A stretch of 64,000 nt of DNA, from positions 33,462,783 to 33,526,782 of the forward strand of contig NC_068982.1 in NCBI RefSeq assembly GCF_001194135.2, written 5' to 3'. Below the pieces are notes generated by a model. That model saw only the letters and a program-made list of their open reading frames with translations, was not told the DNA's origin and searched no databases. Source of the stretch: Octopus bimaculoides (taxonomy: Eukaryota). Within the stretch, counting starts at the first letter, position 1. The number at the start of each line of letters is the position of its first letter. Made by a program: the position numbers and the translations under genes. This document shows positions 25,192 through 39,128 of this stretch, one piece after another.

Positions 25192-25600
25192 ATAGTGCAT
25201 ATATTTATTTGGCAAAAAAAGCAAAAAAAAACAAAATGACCATCTCAAAATAGAACAATATCTGTTTTAACACACAATTAGGAATCTTGCAAAACAAATA
25301 CATAAATGTAATTTCATTTTTATTTTTCTAGATGTGAAGTTAGTTGTCATAAAATTATACAAAATAAAAAAATTACAATGGTATATTCATACATCATTCT
25401 ATTTGGAGTAAAGGAGTCATCAACTAGATCAAAGAAATTATAGGAAATACATACAATTGATTTAGAAGTCCTTTTAGCATTTATATGATATATAAAATGT
25501 TTATTTTTTTAAAATTTTGTCACAAATTTACTTTGAGACATTTTAAAACATTAACTTTTGTTTTGTGTGTAACTATATACATCTATCTATCTATCTATCA

Positions 25601-25634
<34 letters not shown>

Positions 25635-25638
<4 letters not shown>

Positions 25639-26050
25639 GACATGGGATGAAGTACTGAAGAATGACCTCAGGACGTTGAACCTTTCAGACGAGATGACAA
25701 AAGACCAGGATGCCTGGTGCCTTGTTGTGCCCAAGAAGACCCATACTCTGCAGTAGAAGTATTAAGACCTCTGGTGGTGTAAAGCACTTATGGTGGTGTG
25801 ACATAAAAGCACCCATGCAATGCCACATAAAAGCACCAATGTGGGGCCACATAAAGGCACTCATGCAGTGCTATGTTAAAGCACCCAGCACCCTGTCAAG
25901 TGGTTGACATTAGGAAGGGCATCCAGCCATAGAAACCACGGCAAATCAGACCAAAGTCTGGTGCAGCTCCACAGTGTGCCACTGTCCGTGCTGGTCAAAC
26001 CATCAAACCCATGCCACATTGGACAAGTGACATTAAATGATGATGATGAC
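25635..26050 (+). mobile_element. RTE 3' end: ORF2 C-terminus, 3'UTR tandem repeats and tail
   Basis: KTWDEVLKNDLRTLNLSDEMTKDQDAW; about 5 units of gccacataaaagcacc..; taggaagggcatccagc; (GAT)n. Confidence 0.85.
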
Positions 26051-26469
26051 ATATACATATAAGTTTTAAAAATTAAACAGAATTATGACAAGGAATGAAT
26101 GGGAAATTCACACTCAAGACATGGGCATGCTCTTTCTTCTTCAGCTTTTTTGCCCAAAATCATTACAATTTCAAGCTTTGAATGATAATAATGTAAATTT
26201 TTGGTGACATCAACAGCAAAAAGCTGCTGGGAACATTGAGCAAACACTGATGACAGTGACAAAAACAAATACAACACAGGTATTAATGTAAATATACATT
26301 ACATGAAAACAAAGGCCATGGGACTCTGAGACAAGATAAGATGTGTGTGTAAGCAACATAATGGAAAAAGTCCTGTAGGACTGAAAAATGTGTTTTTAGA
26401 TTAATATACAAAGTGTGTGTATGTGAGTGAGAGAGAGAGAGAGAGAGAGAGATTTCATATGCATTCATG

Positions 26470-26845
26470 ACTATCAGGTTGAGAAGCTCATTTTACAATC
26501 AAATGGTTTGGAGCTCAGTCCCAATGTGCAGCACCTTAGGCATATGTCTTCTATTATAGCCCCAGCCCTAGGCAAAACAATGCCTTATGAGTGAATTTGG
26601 TAGATTGAAACTGTGTGGAAGTCCATTATATGTGCATTTGTTCAAAGACACTGACACCACTTGACAAATGGCATTGGTTTGTTTACATTCCTCCATAAGT
26701 TAGCAGTTCAGCCAAAGTGGCTGAAAGGATAAGCATTGGACTTTAAAAATAAGTACTAGTGTCAATCAATTCAATTAAAACCCTCGAAGGCAAGTGCCCC
26801 AGCATGGCCACAGTCAAATGACTGAAACAAGAAAAAGATGAAAGA
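26470..26845 (+). mobile_element. Diverged SINE A copy
   Basis: gagctcagtcccaatgtgcagcaccttaggc...cagcatggccacagtcaaatgactgaaacaag. Confidence 0.75.
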
Positions 26846-26990
26846 TGTGTAGGTGTGCACATACACAGGACTACAAAAGCTGCATTCCAGCAGCTATGCT
26901 AAAAAGTCACCTTCATTTTGCAGTACATTAATAAGCAATGGCCATACTCATTATTGAGCCAGTTTCTATTGCATGTGTGTGGGGGGGGAG

Positions 26991-27039
<49 letters not shown>

Positions 27040-28799
27040 AACACACACATAGGCAGACAGACTGAAAGAATAAAAACAAAAACAAAGAAAGAAGGTTTAC
27101 AAGTTAGTGTATCAGCCAAAGTTATGAACAATGATAAAAACGGTACACAAACGTTTGTATTTTAAAATCAGAATTTCATCCAAGTGTGACAGAGTGGCTA
27201 AAAATATTTATTAATACATAATGACATTGGAAAATTTCCAATAGTGCTTTCTGTATGAAGAACTTGGTTGCTAAGTGTAGATAACCATTATTTTTGGCTC
27301 ACCAATTCAAGAATGGTAGCCCACACTCAGCTATATTCTCTAGTACTACTTAGTATATTCAATCTTCATAGACATTAAACCTATATAGACATACATGCAC
27401 GCGTGTGCGTGTACACAATCTTTTGTTCCTTTTCTTGTTTCACTCACTGGACTGCAGTTGTGATGAAGCTCTGCCTTGAAGTGTTTCATCAGTAACATCA
27501 AACCCAGTACATATTTCAGTCCACTACTGGTTGTATTTTCCAGCATATAATTTTTTTTTTTTTACATGTTTCGACCCTAAGACTGTGGCCATGCTGGGGT
27601 ACCGCCACATTATAAGTTGAATTTTTCAGATCAAAGTTTACAACCCCAAAAGGTAGGTCAACTTTATAAACCAAAAATCCCATGTGAAATGCAGCAGGAT
27701 TTGGAAAGACAGTGACGATGTTTGAATGTTTACCCTACATGTTACCACAATATACTTCACCAACTTATATGTTGGAAAATATGGTATTCTATCGGTTTCT
27801 TTTTATAGAATTGTTTAGTTACAAGGATATAAACAAGCACTGGTTATAAACAGTAAAAGACAAACACAAACATGCTCTACTTTCCATCAAATAAATTGAC
27901 TCACAAAGTATTTGTCAGACTCAGGATATATCTTAAGACACTAAAGAGAACTCGAAATTCTGTAGTTGCAAACCAAACTTCTTTACACAGCCATGGTGGA
28001 AACTGTAAGAAGTCTCTGTGTGTGTGCGTGTGTGTGTGTCTGCACCCCCTTGTCTTGGCATGTGAAAGTTGAAAGCAATTGTCACCATCATACAAATGGT
28101 GCCCTTCATTTACAGTCTTCCCTGAAAATATGTCTGGCCAAGGGGAAATATTACTTTCATTTGCAAACAAGTGAGGGTTAGCAACCAAAAGAGCTTCTTG
28201 TCATAAAAATCTGTTTCAACAAATTCATTTTAATCCAAGCAAATAAGGAAAAGTGAACATTAGAATTGATATGATGATGTTTTTAATGAATCAGGATACA
28301 AAAGCAAAATACAAAAAGAATCACTTCAAACTTGTATCCAATCAACAAATACAAAATGTCTTACACTTTAGGCAAAATATCATATCATTCCCACATCTTT
28401 ATTTCTCTCTTAAAGTTATTATCTTCCAGTGTTTCTGTCTACAGAAGTATAATATATCACTTAATAGTCAATATCATATCCTCCAGTTGTTAATAATATT
28501 CAGTGCATACTGATATATCTTACTTACTTATCATTTCCTCCATATAATTATTCTATAAACAGATGGACCATAGACATATATCATTTTTCTTCTTAGACAT
28601 GTCCAAAGTTTAATTACTATCAAAGCGTACAGGAAACATTATATTCAATAGGAAATATTTTGTATTTAATAAATACTGGAAACCAATTTACAGGAGAAAC
28701 TAATGACTACATTTCACTTAGCTTGTGAAATTAATTAAAAATAGCTCTTTATACTATCTTTCAAACATTGATATAAAAATACTAAGGAAAATAATAATA

Positions 28800-29512
28800 A
28801 TTCTTTCTACTAAAGACACAAGGCCTTAAATTCTGGGGAAGGGGGTTAGTTGATTACACTGACCCCAGTGCTCAACTAGTACTTATTTCATCGACCCTGA
28901 AAGGATGAAAGGCAAAGTCAACTCGGTGGAATTTGAACTCAGAATATAAAGACAGATGAAATGCCACTAAGCACCTAGCATGCTAACAATTCTGGCAGCT
29001 CATTACCTTAATAATAATAATATTAATAATAATCCTTTCTTTATATTGGCCACAAGGGCCGAAATTGGAAGGAGGGGGCTAGTTGATTACATCGACCCCA
29101 GTTTTTTTACTGGTACTTAATTTATCGACCCTGAAAGGATGAAAGGCAAAGTCAACCTCAGTGGAATTTGAATTCAGAATGTAGCAGCAGATGAAATGCC
29201 GCAAAGCATTTTACCCAATCTACTAACGATTCTGCCAGCTCAAGGCATTTGATAATAATAATAATAATAATAATAACAATAATAATAATGATAATTCTTT
29301 ATACTGTAGGCACAAAGCCTGGAGCTTTGCAGGGAGGGGATTAGTTGATTACATTCAACCCAGTGCATAACTGGTTACTTAATTTATCAACCCTGAAAGG
29401 ATGAAAGGCAAAGTCTACCTTGGCAGAATTTGAACTCAGAACACAGCGGCAGACAAAATACTGCTAAGCATTTTGCCCGGCATGCAAATGATTTTGCAAG
29501 CTCACCGCCTTA
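28800..29512 (-). mobile_element. Three tandem SINE B copies separated by (AAT)n
   Basis: cgaccctgaaaggatgaaaggcaaagtc...gaatttgaactcagaa occurs three times (about 28800-29010, 29035-29245, 29295-29512). Confidence 0.9.
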
Positions 29513-29559
29513 ACACTACTACTACTACTACCAATAATAATAATAATAATAATAAACAT

Positions 29560-29935
29560 CGTCATCATCATCATTTTAACATCTACTTTTTAATGCTTGC
29601 ATGGGTCAGACAGGATTTATTTGAGGCAGACCTTCTACACCTGAATGCATTTTGTGTTGCCAATTTTCATCTGTTTCCAAGCAAGACAATATTCCTCCAT
29701 ACCCTCTTGCAGAACAGTGGAATTGACACTGCTTGTATAACAGTGACACTCATTTACAACTATCACATGATATCAACACACAGACACAAACACACAATTC
29801 CCACCAACCAACCCCACTCACAAGGCTTCGGTCAGCCTGGGGCTATAGAAAAAAATATTTGCCTGAGTGGGACTGAACCTGGAATTATGTGGTTGGGAAA
29901 CAAACATCTTACCACACAGCCACACCTGCACCTAA
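29560..29935 (-). mobile_element. RTE-type 3'UTR fragment followed by a SINE A head
   Basis: catcatcatcattttaac..atgcttgcatgggtc..; gggactgaacctggaattatgtggttgggaaac. Confidence 0.65.
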
Positions 29936-30609
29936 GGAAAATATATATGATTTATTAATTTGCCTTGATGATAGTGCTTTAGTGTTAGTTTCCAGTGGTT
30001 CGAACTTTTGCCTCCTTCCACCTATGTGGAATGAAATGTATGAAGACCACAATTAGTCATTTTCCTTTTTCCTTTAACAGTTAAACTTTATTCAGAAATA
30101 TAAATTCAAAAATATTTGTATATCTGTATGGCCGCAGTCAAATGACTGAAACAAGTAAAAGAATAAAAGAATATACAAAAAAAAAAATTATGTTAATTCA
30201 AAAAAAGTTGCTTGAATTATTGGAATACATGAATTTTTTTTTTTTTTTTTACTAATCTTTTCTTCAATGAGAATAGGTTATGCATGGCAAATTGAATGCA
30301 ATTTAATAAATGATAATATACGTGTGTTTAGTTGTAATCGTCTAAGCACTCTAACCACTAAGCTACACACCTGCACTTGTAGGTATCTCCTGGTAGTTTT
30401 GTCTCTTGCATGTGAGATATCTCTGTGGGTTTAAGTGTAGCGGGGTCAGTTGTCTGATGTTCCATGGGGTTTGCTGCTAAGAAACCAGATAGGGTTGGGC
30501 AGTCTGTTATTTTGGAACCAGTTTTCTTGGTGATTTATCCAGGGTTGAAATAGTTGCCTGGCAATGTCTGGGGGACAACGGATTAGATGTCNNNNNNNNN
30601 NNNNNNNNN

Positions 30610-30657
<48 letters not shown>

Positions 30658-30702
30658 AAGAGAGAGAGAGAGAAAGAGAAAGAGAGAAAGAAAGAGAGAG
30701 AG

Positions 30703-30758
<56 letters not shown>

Positions 30759-31374
30759 CGTGCATGCATGCATGCATGTGCACATAGCTTCATTTCACTT
30801 GCCATGTGGACAAAATGGTGATGTCATGTTCACATCCCATGTGAAAAATAGGTTCTGTACCTCTTGCGTTTTGGGCCTGTCATGACCAGTGGAATGAGAA
30901 ATTTCTTGAAAACAGGTTGGGAACAGGAAAGTCAGACAACCATAAATATTACCTTGGATAAGTCTACATCCAACAATATGGAAAAGCAGACATTGGATGA
31001 ATGAAGTATAATTTCCCAGAGAGATTGTAAATGATATCAAATAGCAAAATATTAGTTGCTGTTGTTGTTGTTGTTATTATTGCAGTAGAGTAAGGAAGGG
31101 TGTTGGCAGAATTGTGAGAGGACTGAAAACATGCTTTGTGGCATTGTAAGGAATGATGGTAATTTATGCCTTCATAAGGAATAGCAGTTACTGTTCTGTT
31201 CATTTTGAATATATTCCTAATGATGTATGCCTAGAACAATATCATTCTGTAATATACACCAACTACAAAAGTAAATAAGTTTGACTAAATCCCTTGCTGA
31301 AAGATTTGCAGCCTACTAGAGGATTATCTATGGTTAAAGAACTGAATGACATTCCTATCTCCAAGGAAGACATA

Positions 31375-31428
31375 AGAATATCACAGATTTTCAGAATATC
31401 ACAGATTTTCAGAATATCACATATTTTC
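31375..31428. repeat. Three 18-bp tandem repeats (agaatatcacagattttc)
   Basis: Units at 31375, 31393 and 31411, with one mismatch in unit 3. Confidence 0.9.
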
Positions 31429-32285
31429 GTTGTTCTTTTGGCAGTGGCAGAAACAAACGCAGCAGTCACACCAGTGTGGAGTTGGTGACAGTAAATAGAA
31501 GAGCTGTTACTATTAAACAGGAGTTTCACAAAATGTATTTCATTGAGTCAAACTGATTAGCTTAAGCATGACATTCAGCAGCTGTGTATCTTACAAGTAG
31601 CAGGTTTTACCCCATTCTCTCTCTCTCTCTCTCTCTCTCTGTGAGAATATTTACACAAGAGCATGTATTTGTGAAAGAGTAGAGCAAGAAGAGAGGGTAC
31701 CAGGGTTTGTGCAAGTGGGACGAAGGAGGAAAGAGAAGGGAGGGAAGGAGAAAGAGAAGGAAAGCGAACAAGGACTTAATTACAGCTCAGTCTGTGCAAC
31801 CCCCCTCCTCCGTTGTACGATTTGAGTATAGATGTCAGCCATCTTGGCTGTAGTTATTCAAACTGACATTGTACACTGAACAACTGTTTCTACAAAGTGT
31901 CCATGAACAAAGTAATGTTGTGTCTGTTGTGTTGTTGCCCTGGTATTGTCTGTAATGCATACCTCAAGTTTATTCAATTGTTTCATTCTTAGTTAATGTT
32001 TATAAAGATACCATATTTAAACATTTCCAACCAAGTCTTACTGGAATGCCTCATCAATCAATTTACCTGAGTTACTTCACAGCTAATGTTAAATACTAAA
32101 GCATTCATTGCATTGTAAGACATTTCATATCATGGCTGGTTAAGATGCTCAACTCCTGACTCATAGTTCACAGGCTCAAATTTTACAAATTGTTACATTG
32201 TGTCTGAATGTGATCTACAAACTTCTTTCTACTTAGCCATAAAAGGTATTTGCCCTGACATCAGTTCCACTTGTTGTTATTTTCT

Positions 32286-32503
32286 TTAACTCTTTAGCAT
32301 TCAAATTTCTGTGTCAAATGTAATGCTTATTTATTCACATTGATTTGAATTTGTCATGCATTAGCTTGTAGATTTGAGATTTAAATGATGTGATTTATTC
32401 TTAAAATAATCTGTAGCATAAGTATGAGAGGCTGGATCTGGCCAGTTTGAAGATAAAACAGGTAGATTATTTTGGCTGGATTTGGCCGGTTTAAGTGCTA
32501 TAA
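32286..32503 (-). mobile_element. piggyBac-like MITE family 1
   Basis: ttaactctttagcattc...ctggatctggccagtttgaagataaaacagg...ggtttaagtgcta. Confidence 0.75.
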
Positions 32504-32504
32504 G

Positions 32505-32885
32505 ACAGCAAGCTGGCAGAATTATCAGCAGTCAGACAAAACACTTGGCAGCATTTTATTTGTCGTTACATTCTGAGTTCAAATTTTCCGAGGTCGGCTT
32601 TGCCTTTCAATTGTTTGGGTTTTGATAAAATAAGTACCAGTTGAGCATTAGAGTCGATGTAATCAACTTACCCAGTACTCCAAAATTGCTGGCCTTGTAC
32701 CAAAATTTGAAATCGCTATTTTTCTTTAAGGTTGGTGAGCAGGCAGAATCAGCAGCAGCCAGGCAAAATGCATGGGGTGGGGAGATAAAAATAAGTACCC
32801 ATTAAGCAGTGGGAGTTGATGTAATCAACAAGCTTCCTCCCTTAAAATTCCAGGCCCTGTGCCTATAGTAGAAAGGATTATTATT
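32505..32885 (+). mobile_element. Two tandem SINE B copies
   Basis: aagctggcagaatt..ttctgagttcaaatttt..ataagtaccag; the second copy ends ggccctgtgcctatagtagaaaggattatt. Confidence 0.8.
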
Positions 32886-32929
32886 ATTAACTTTTTTAAG
32901 TCTGTCATGTGCCCTAGGACTCATAAGAC

Positions 32930-33360
32930 CGGACTTTAACCCAGTTTGGCATATAAGTGATTGAGATTACAGCATTCTTCTCTGAATGGCAGCTGGTCTG
33001 TTGCAGGGTTAACTTTCCAACTATTACTGGGTCTCAGAGCTGAATGGACATAAGCAATATGAAATGAAGTGTTCTGTTCAAGAATGCAAGACACTACATA
33101 GTCCAGGAATCAAAACCTCAATCAAATCATTACAAGTGCAGCAACCTAACCAATAGGCCACATGCCTTCACATTCATTTTATTTAACCATAAAATTGTAT
33201 ATTTATTAGCCTCTTGCAAATATCAGACTGTTATGCAAAAGCATGTGGCCTAGTGGTTAGGTTGTTGCACATACCATCACCAGATTGTGGCTTCAATTCC
33301 TGGACCAGACAGTGTGTTGTGTTCTTCAGCAAAACCCTTCATATCACATTGCTTTAGTGT
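32930..33360. mobile_element. Third SINE family (C): minus copy 32930-33170, plus head 33240-33360; a related minus copy at 58285-58600
   Basis: Shared ctgaatggac..gtgaaat.aagtgt..tcaaggacac motif; tRNA-like head gtggcctagtggttag...ttcaattcc. Confidence 0.55.
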
Positions 33361-33769
33361 TGTATGGGGATCAGCATGTCAAAGAATAGACCCAATGTTT
33401 CCTCTGTGTGTCATAAAAAGCAACTGAAACAGGTTGAAGCAGGATTTGCACTCTGACCTCATAAAATCCTCGCCAGAAATAACAACCCAGAAAGACCTAC
33501 AGGCTGGAGGGTTGTCTCCTGAGTGGTACAAAGATGTCATCTGCCAGGAGTAGGGGCAATCATCAACGAATGGTGGATGCAGCAACGTGCTGTTTCAGCA
33601 CATGCCCCCGTACTTCTACTACTACTACTACTACTACTACTTGCAAATATAGTTGTAGAGTGTTTGAAAAAATATATTCTTATAAAAGATTTAAACAAAT
33701 TCACATGCCAAAGAGGTTTATGAAACAAGTATTTAGCTGCTAACTACAACTCAGTGTTCTGGATATATC

Positions 33770-33977
33770 TTGAACCCTTTAGCATTCAAATTACTCTGTC
33801 AAATATAATGCTTGTTTTGAATTACACATTACCTCGTAGCTCTGGGATTCCAATGATATGATTTTTTTTAGAATGACATTGCAGGTTAGATGTGACAGGC
33901 CAGATCTGGTGAGTTTGAACACAAAACAGGTAGAATATCTTAGCCAGATACGGCTGGTTTAAATGCTAAAGGTTTAA
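33770..33977 (-). mobile_element. piggyBac-like MITE family 1 with the clearest termini
   Basis: ttgaaccctttagcatt...aatgctaaaggtttaa inverted termini. Confidence 0.8.
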
Positions 33978-34260
33978 AGATAGGATGCCAATATAAACCA
34001 GGAACATTCTCAGAAAAATCTGGTACCTAGCTGTTAAATGAACATAAACATGGAGAGTTAACGTCTACCAAAAGTCAAAATGCAAAAAGCTAGGTCATTC
34101 ACATATGCAACAGTGCCTATGTATAGATACGTGCATTATAAGATATACAATAATAGAGAATTGTAAGACACACAATCTCTTGCATATGCCTCAACTAAAT
34201 AAATACTATTTTACCACAGATTAGATGTACTAATATTCATAGTTATACTTATGCAACTGG

Positions 34261-34335
<75 letters not shown>

Positions 34336-34415
34336 CACAAATAAATGTGTATATATGTGCTTGTATGTATGTGTGTGTGTTTGTTTATCGTCCACTTTCC
34401 ATGCTACACACACAC

Positions 34416-34446
<31 letters not shown>

Positions 34447-35280
34447 ATCAGAAAATGATCAGAAGCACCACAGCAGAGTAATTAAGATTTCTCCTTTATC
34501 TCAACAAATTGTCAAATATGATTAAGCATGTTCACAAGAGAGCAGATGATGCAAATCTCTATGTTTTTTCTTCCTTCAAATTCAATGTTTTGTAAACTGC
34601 TAATGTACACAGCTTCTATTACACATGTACTTTTCCTATTATTCCATCATCACATCATCTAATCTGGACCCAACAATATGTTAATATGTAACACTAGACT
34701 ATGATGCAACAATTACTTATTTATAAGAGGAAATATATCACACTGACTCAATCTTTTGCACCAGTCCCACCTGAATGATATTATTTACTTTACTTCAAAC
34801 AATATACCCCACAACATCTATAGCAGGCATGAGCAACCTTTTTTTCAAGAAGTAGGCCACAGGAGACATAGGTCAACATTTTTATAATTAAATATTATTA
34901 GGATTTGTATAAAAAGAAAATTAAAATATTTTGCATATTGTAGAAGTATAAGCAATTTATTGCACATAAATTTTAACAAAATCTAATAATTATCTCCAAG
35001 GGTCATATGGACACTGGTTGAGAACTACTTGTCTAGAATAAGCATTCTTGAACTGGAGCACATGTACCCCTAGGAGTACACAAGAGAAAACACAAGGTTA
35101 TAGTGACGTTTAGAAGCACACTGGGATTTTGAAGTAATCACAACCAACTAAATGCATCTAAATGTCTCTTGAAAATGTATAGAGGGTCTTTCACTGTTCG
35201 ATCCACCCGTGAAAAAGAGTTATTAGCAGTATTAATAACTAAAAACAGATTCCATGCAAGACTACCAACTAAGAAGGATA

Positions 35281-35489
35281 TTCTGACACTTTGAATAATG
35301 CTTATTTATTCAGATAATTTTGAACTAATCATGCATTATCTTATAGCTTCAAAATTGCAGTGATGTAGTTATTTATTTTTTGAATGACATTGTAGGATAG
35401 GTTTGAACGGCAGGATGTAGCCAGTATGAACATAAAATGGGTAGAATATCTCAATCAGAACTGGATGGTTTAAATGCCAAAGGGTTGAA
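35281..35489 (-). mobile_element. piggyBac-like MITE family 1
   Basis: Same body; ends ggtttaaatgccaaagggttgaa. Confidence 0.7.
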
Positions 35490-36068
35490 TTAATTTGTCA
35501 CATAGACACAAAACCAGAAAGTTTGGAGGAGGGAAGAATTGCTATGTCAACCCCAGTATTCAACTGGTAGTCTTATTTTATCAACCCCAAGAAGACGAAT
35601 TTTTTAAATCAAATTAAATTAATAACAAATAACACATATCTATTGTTTGCTCAATGGTATTCAACCATTTTTACACTATTATTCACACAGGATACAGCAA
35701 CACTACAGAGTATGATGAATGGGTATTCTAAGAGTAAAAGTTTCAGAATTCTTGATCTGGAAGGTCTAAATATGTGTCCAAATGGAGCATTTTGTCATAT
35801 TTGGAGTGGTAGAAGGCATAACTTTTCTAATTACTGACACTTGAGGCTACATTCAAAGAAAAACCCTCTGTCTGACTACTATTCTCTTCTATGATTATTA
35901 TAAAGACTTCTTATTTAAAATATCTATCTAAATTCTAACCTTGGAAGTAACTCATGTTATACATTCTGGATTCACAATGTCTCTTAAAAAAAAAAAAATT
36001 GTACAAGTATAAGGTATTCATGTAGCTAAAGAGCAAGTCTTTATATAGTCACTCAACAGACTAAAAAA

Positions 36069-36114
<46 letters not shown>

Positions 36115-37099
36115 ATCATATGGTGTCATCTTGAAATATGCATTGGTTAATGTAAATTGAGATACATTTCTAACAAAGGGACAGAATCATCATAGCAGAA
36201 CACCTTTGACAATATGTCTGCTTAATCTAGACTGTTCTTAGGGTAAATGCAAACAACAGTTTTTCATTCCATGGATAACAGCTCTTGGAAAATTTCTCTT
36301 CACATTAAGATGACTAATCTCCAATTTTGCAAAAGCTTAAAAATTAATAAAATTTATCTACCAGTTTCCCCACTTCATTTCTGTTATACAAGAGGATTTT
36401 TCAAGCCAATGAGGTAGCCTCATACTTAAGCTGTTATGCATAGCAGCTAAATTTCCCTCAAATTGCATCCTACATTAAAAAAATAACATATTCGATTGTT
36501 ATCATAGATATACTATACATGGGTTAAAGGTGGAATGGTCATGGGTGGAATACTTTAGAGTAAAAAGTTTGATCAATCGGGAATGGTTTGAAGCAAAACA
36601 ATAACATAACAATGAACAATGACAGGAGCACTTCAGAGAGCTTTGAAAAATATTACCATATTTGGAAATAAAAATATATATATAGAAGAGAAGGAAAAAA
36701 TTAAGCTAAATAAAAGATTTAAGCAATGATTTAACTTTATAATATAATACAATACCACCTCTAACAACAGTTACAAGTACTCATTCTCAATAAGTTAAAT
36801 TAGAAATTATATTCAACTAATGCCCTCTTTCATATTTATTGTTCGTATGCTGTTAAAACTACAATGCTACATAAATAGAAGACATGACCAACATATGAAA
36901 AGGAGGCAGAACAAATGTTCAGAAATAGTGAAGATAAACAAAGTTCAAAGTATACATAATTGAAAAGCAATGCTATATGAAGTATTTTTTTTATTTAAAG
37001 ACAGAAAAAGGGTGGATAGAGTAATAAAAGATAAGACTTAATGTTCTATTTAACAATAAAATTGCATCACATACAAGTTAAACGTACTATACGTTTATG

Positions 37100-37870
37100 A
37101 TTATCATAATCATCATCATTTTAACACTTACTTTTCTATGCTTGCATAGATCGGACAGAGTTTATTTGATGCAAATTTTCTACAGCTGGATGCACTTCCT
37201 GTTGCCAACACTCACCTGTTTCCAAGCAGAGTAATATTCCCCCATAGCCAGACATGCTCTTTCAGAATATTAGAAATGAATAATCACTGCTTGTATGATG
37301 GTCACAATAATTTGCAACCATTTGGTGATGTCAACACATACGCACGCTCACGTGAACATACATATATATATACAACAGGCTTCTTTCAGGTTTCATCAAC
37401 CAAATCCCCACAGTCCAGGGCTATAATAGAATATTCTTGCCCAAGGTGCCATGCAGTGGGACTGAACCCAGAACCATATGGCTAGGAAGCAAACATCATA
37501 CCACAAAGACACATGTGCTTTTACTGTTAGTAACAGAGATGGGTGATGACATGGGATTAAACAGGAACAGATCCAATGTACTACCATCAGTCAATGCACT
37601 GACAGCAAGGAGGGCTGTGAACAAATGGGCTAAAGAGTGTCAAGTGTACATACTAAATAAACAAACATCCATCACCACACATAGATGTGCTCATCTACAC
37701 AGAACAGGTGCAGCAGTGTAACTGAGTTCACTTCCCAACCACATGCTTTCAAGTTCAATTTCATTTTATGCCACCTTGGGCAAGTGTTTTCTTTTATAGC
37801 TCCATATTGAACAATGCTTTGTGAGTGAATTTAGTAGACAGAAAATTAAAGAGAATCGTCGTGTGTGTGT
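37100..37870. mobile_element. RTE-type 3'UTR (minus), SINE A head (minus, 37370-37510) and SINE A head (plus, 37710-37870)
   Basis: ctacagctggatgcacttcctgttgccaac; cccaaggtgccatgcagtgggactgaaccc; ccttgggcaagtgt. Confidence 0.75.
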
Positions 37871-38203
37871 GTGTGTGTGTGTGCGCGCACGCTCGTGTGC
37901 GCATGCATGCACATGTGCATTTGTACTGATGTGTCAAATGGAGAATAATGTTTAGACTATGTGTTGGCCTAATGACCAGTTGCTCTGCACTTTCAATTAC
38001 TTGTGCAATATAAAATCCCTTACTTGAAAAAGAAGTAAATTTTAGCAATGGGAAGAGCATCCAGCTCAAAAGTCCTGCTTCATATATGTCAATATGTAAC
38101 CCAAGCTAGTATGGAAAATCATGAAATGAAAATGTGCTGTGTGAGCACAAACACACACACCTATTTATGTATACATACATGTATGCACACAAATATATAT
38201 ATC

Positions 38204-38497
38204 ATTGGATGTGTAATGTCAATGTGAATACCCGTCAGAGTGTAAGTATCTTGAGAGAAAAGCTGAACATTAGAAGCATCAGTTGTGGCGTGCAAGAGAG
38301 ACGATTGCGCTGGTATGGACATGTGGTGAGAATGGAGGAGGATAGCTGCGTGAAAAAGTGCCACACCCTAACAGTTGAGGGAACCCGTGGAAGAGGTAGG
38401 CCCAGGAAGACCTGGGCTGAGGTGGTGAGGCAAGACCTTCGTACATTGGGCCTCACCGAGGCGATGACTACTGACCGAGACCTTTGGAAATGTGCTG
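38204..38497 (+). mobile_element. Young 5'-truncated RTE ORF2 C-terminus with an open frame, running into a gap
   Basis: WMCNV..LREKLNIRSISCGVQERRLRWYGHVVRMEEDSCVKKC..VEGTRGRGRPRKTW..DRDLWK; CpGs retained. Confidence 0.92.
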
Positions 38498-39077
38498 NNN
38501 NNNNNNNNNNNNNNNNNNNNNNNNNNNNNNNNNNNNNNNNNNNNNNNNNNNNNNNNNNNNNNNNNNNNNNNNNNNNNNNNNNNNNNNNNNNNNNNNNNNN
38601 NNNNNNNNNNNNNNNNNNNNNNNNNNNNNNNNNNNNNNNNNNNNNNNNNNNNNNNNNNNNNNNNNNNNNNNNNNNNNNNNNNNNNNNNNNNNNNNNNNNN
38701 NNNNNNNNNNNNNNNNNNNNNNNNNNNNNNNNNNNNNNNNNNNNNNNNNNNNNNNNNNNNNNNNNNNNNNNNNNNNNNNNNNNNNNNNNNNNNNNNNNNN
38801 NNNNNNNNNNNNNNNNNNNNNNNNNNNNNNNNNNNNNNNNNNNNNNNNNNNNNNNNNNNNNNNNNNNNNNNNNNNNNNNNNNNNNNNNNNNNNNNNNNNN
38901 NNNNNNNNNNNNNNNNNNNNNNNNNNNNNNNNNNNNNNNNNNNNNNNNNNNNNNNNNNNNNNNNNNNNNNNNNNNNNNNNNNNNNNNNNNNNNNNNNNNN
39001 NNNNNNNNNNNNNNNNNNNNNNNNNNNNNNNNNNNNNNNNNNNNNNNNNNNNNNNNNNNNNNNNNNNNNNNNNNNNN

Positions 39078-39128
<51 letters not shown>

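Noticed and set aside
28800-29512. CRISPR-like repeat-spacer array (also 61800-63190 and 31375-31428)
   Set aside because: The units are diverged 200-bp SINEs or perfect tandem repeats with no unique spacers; eukaryotic context and no cas genes.
34823-35032. hAT/Charlie-like MITE (caggcatgagcaacc...ggttgagaactact)
   Set aside because: The ends pair poorly with each other and no 8-bp TSD is evident; not enough support.
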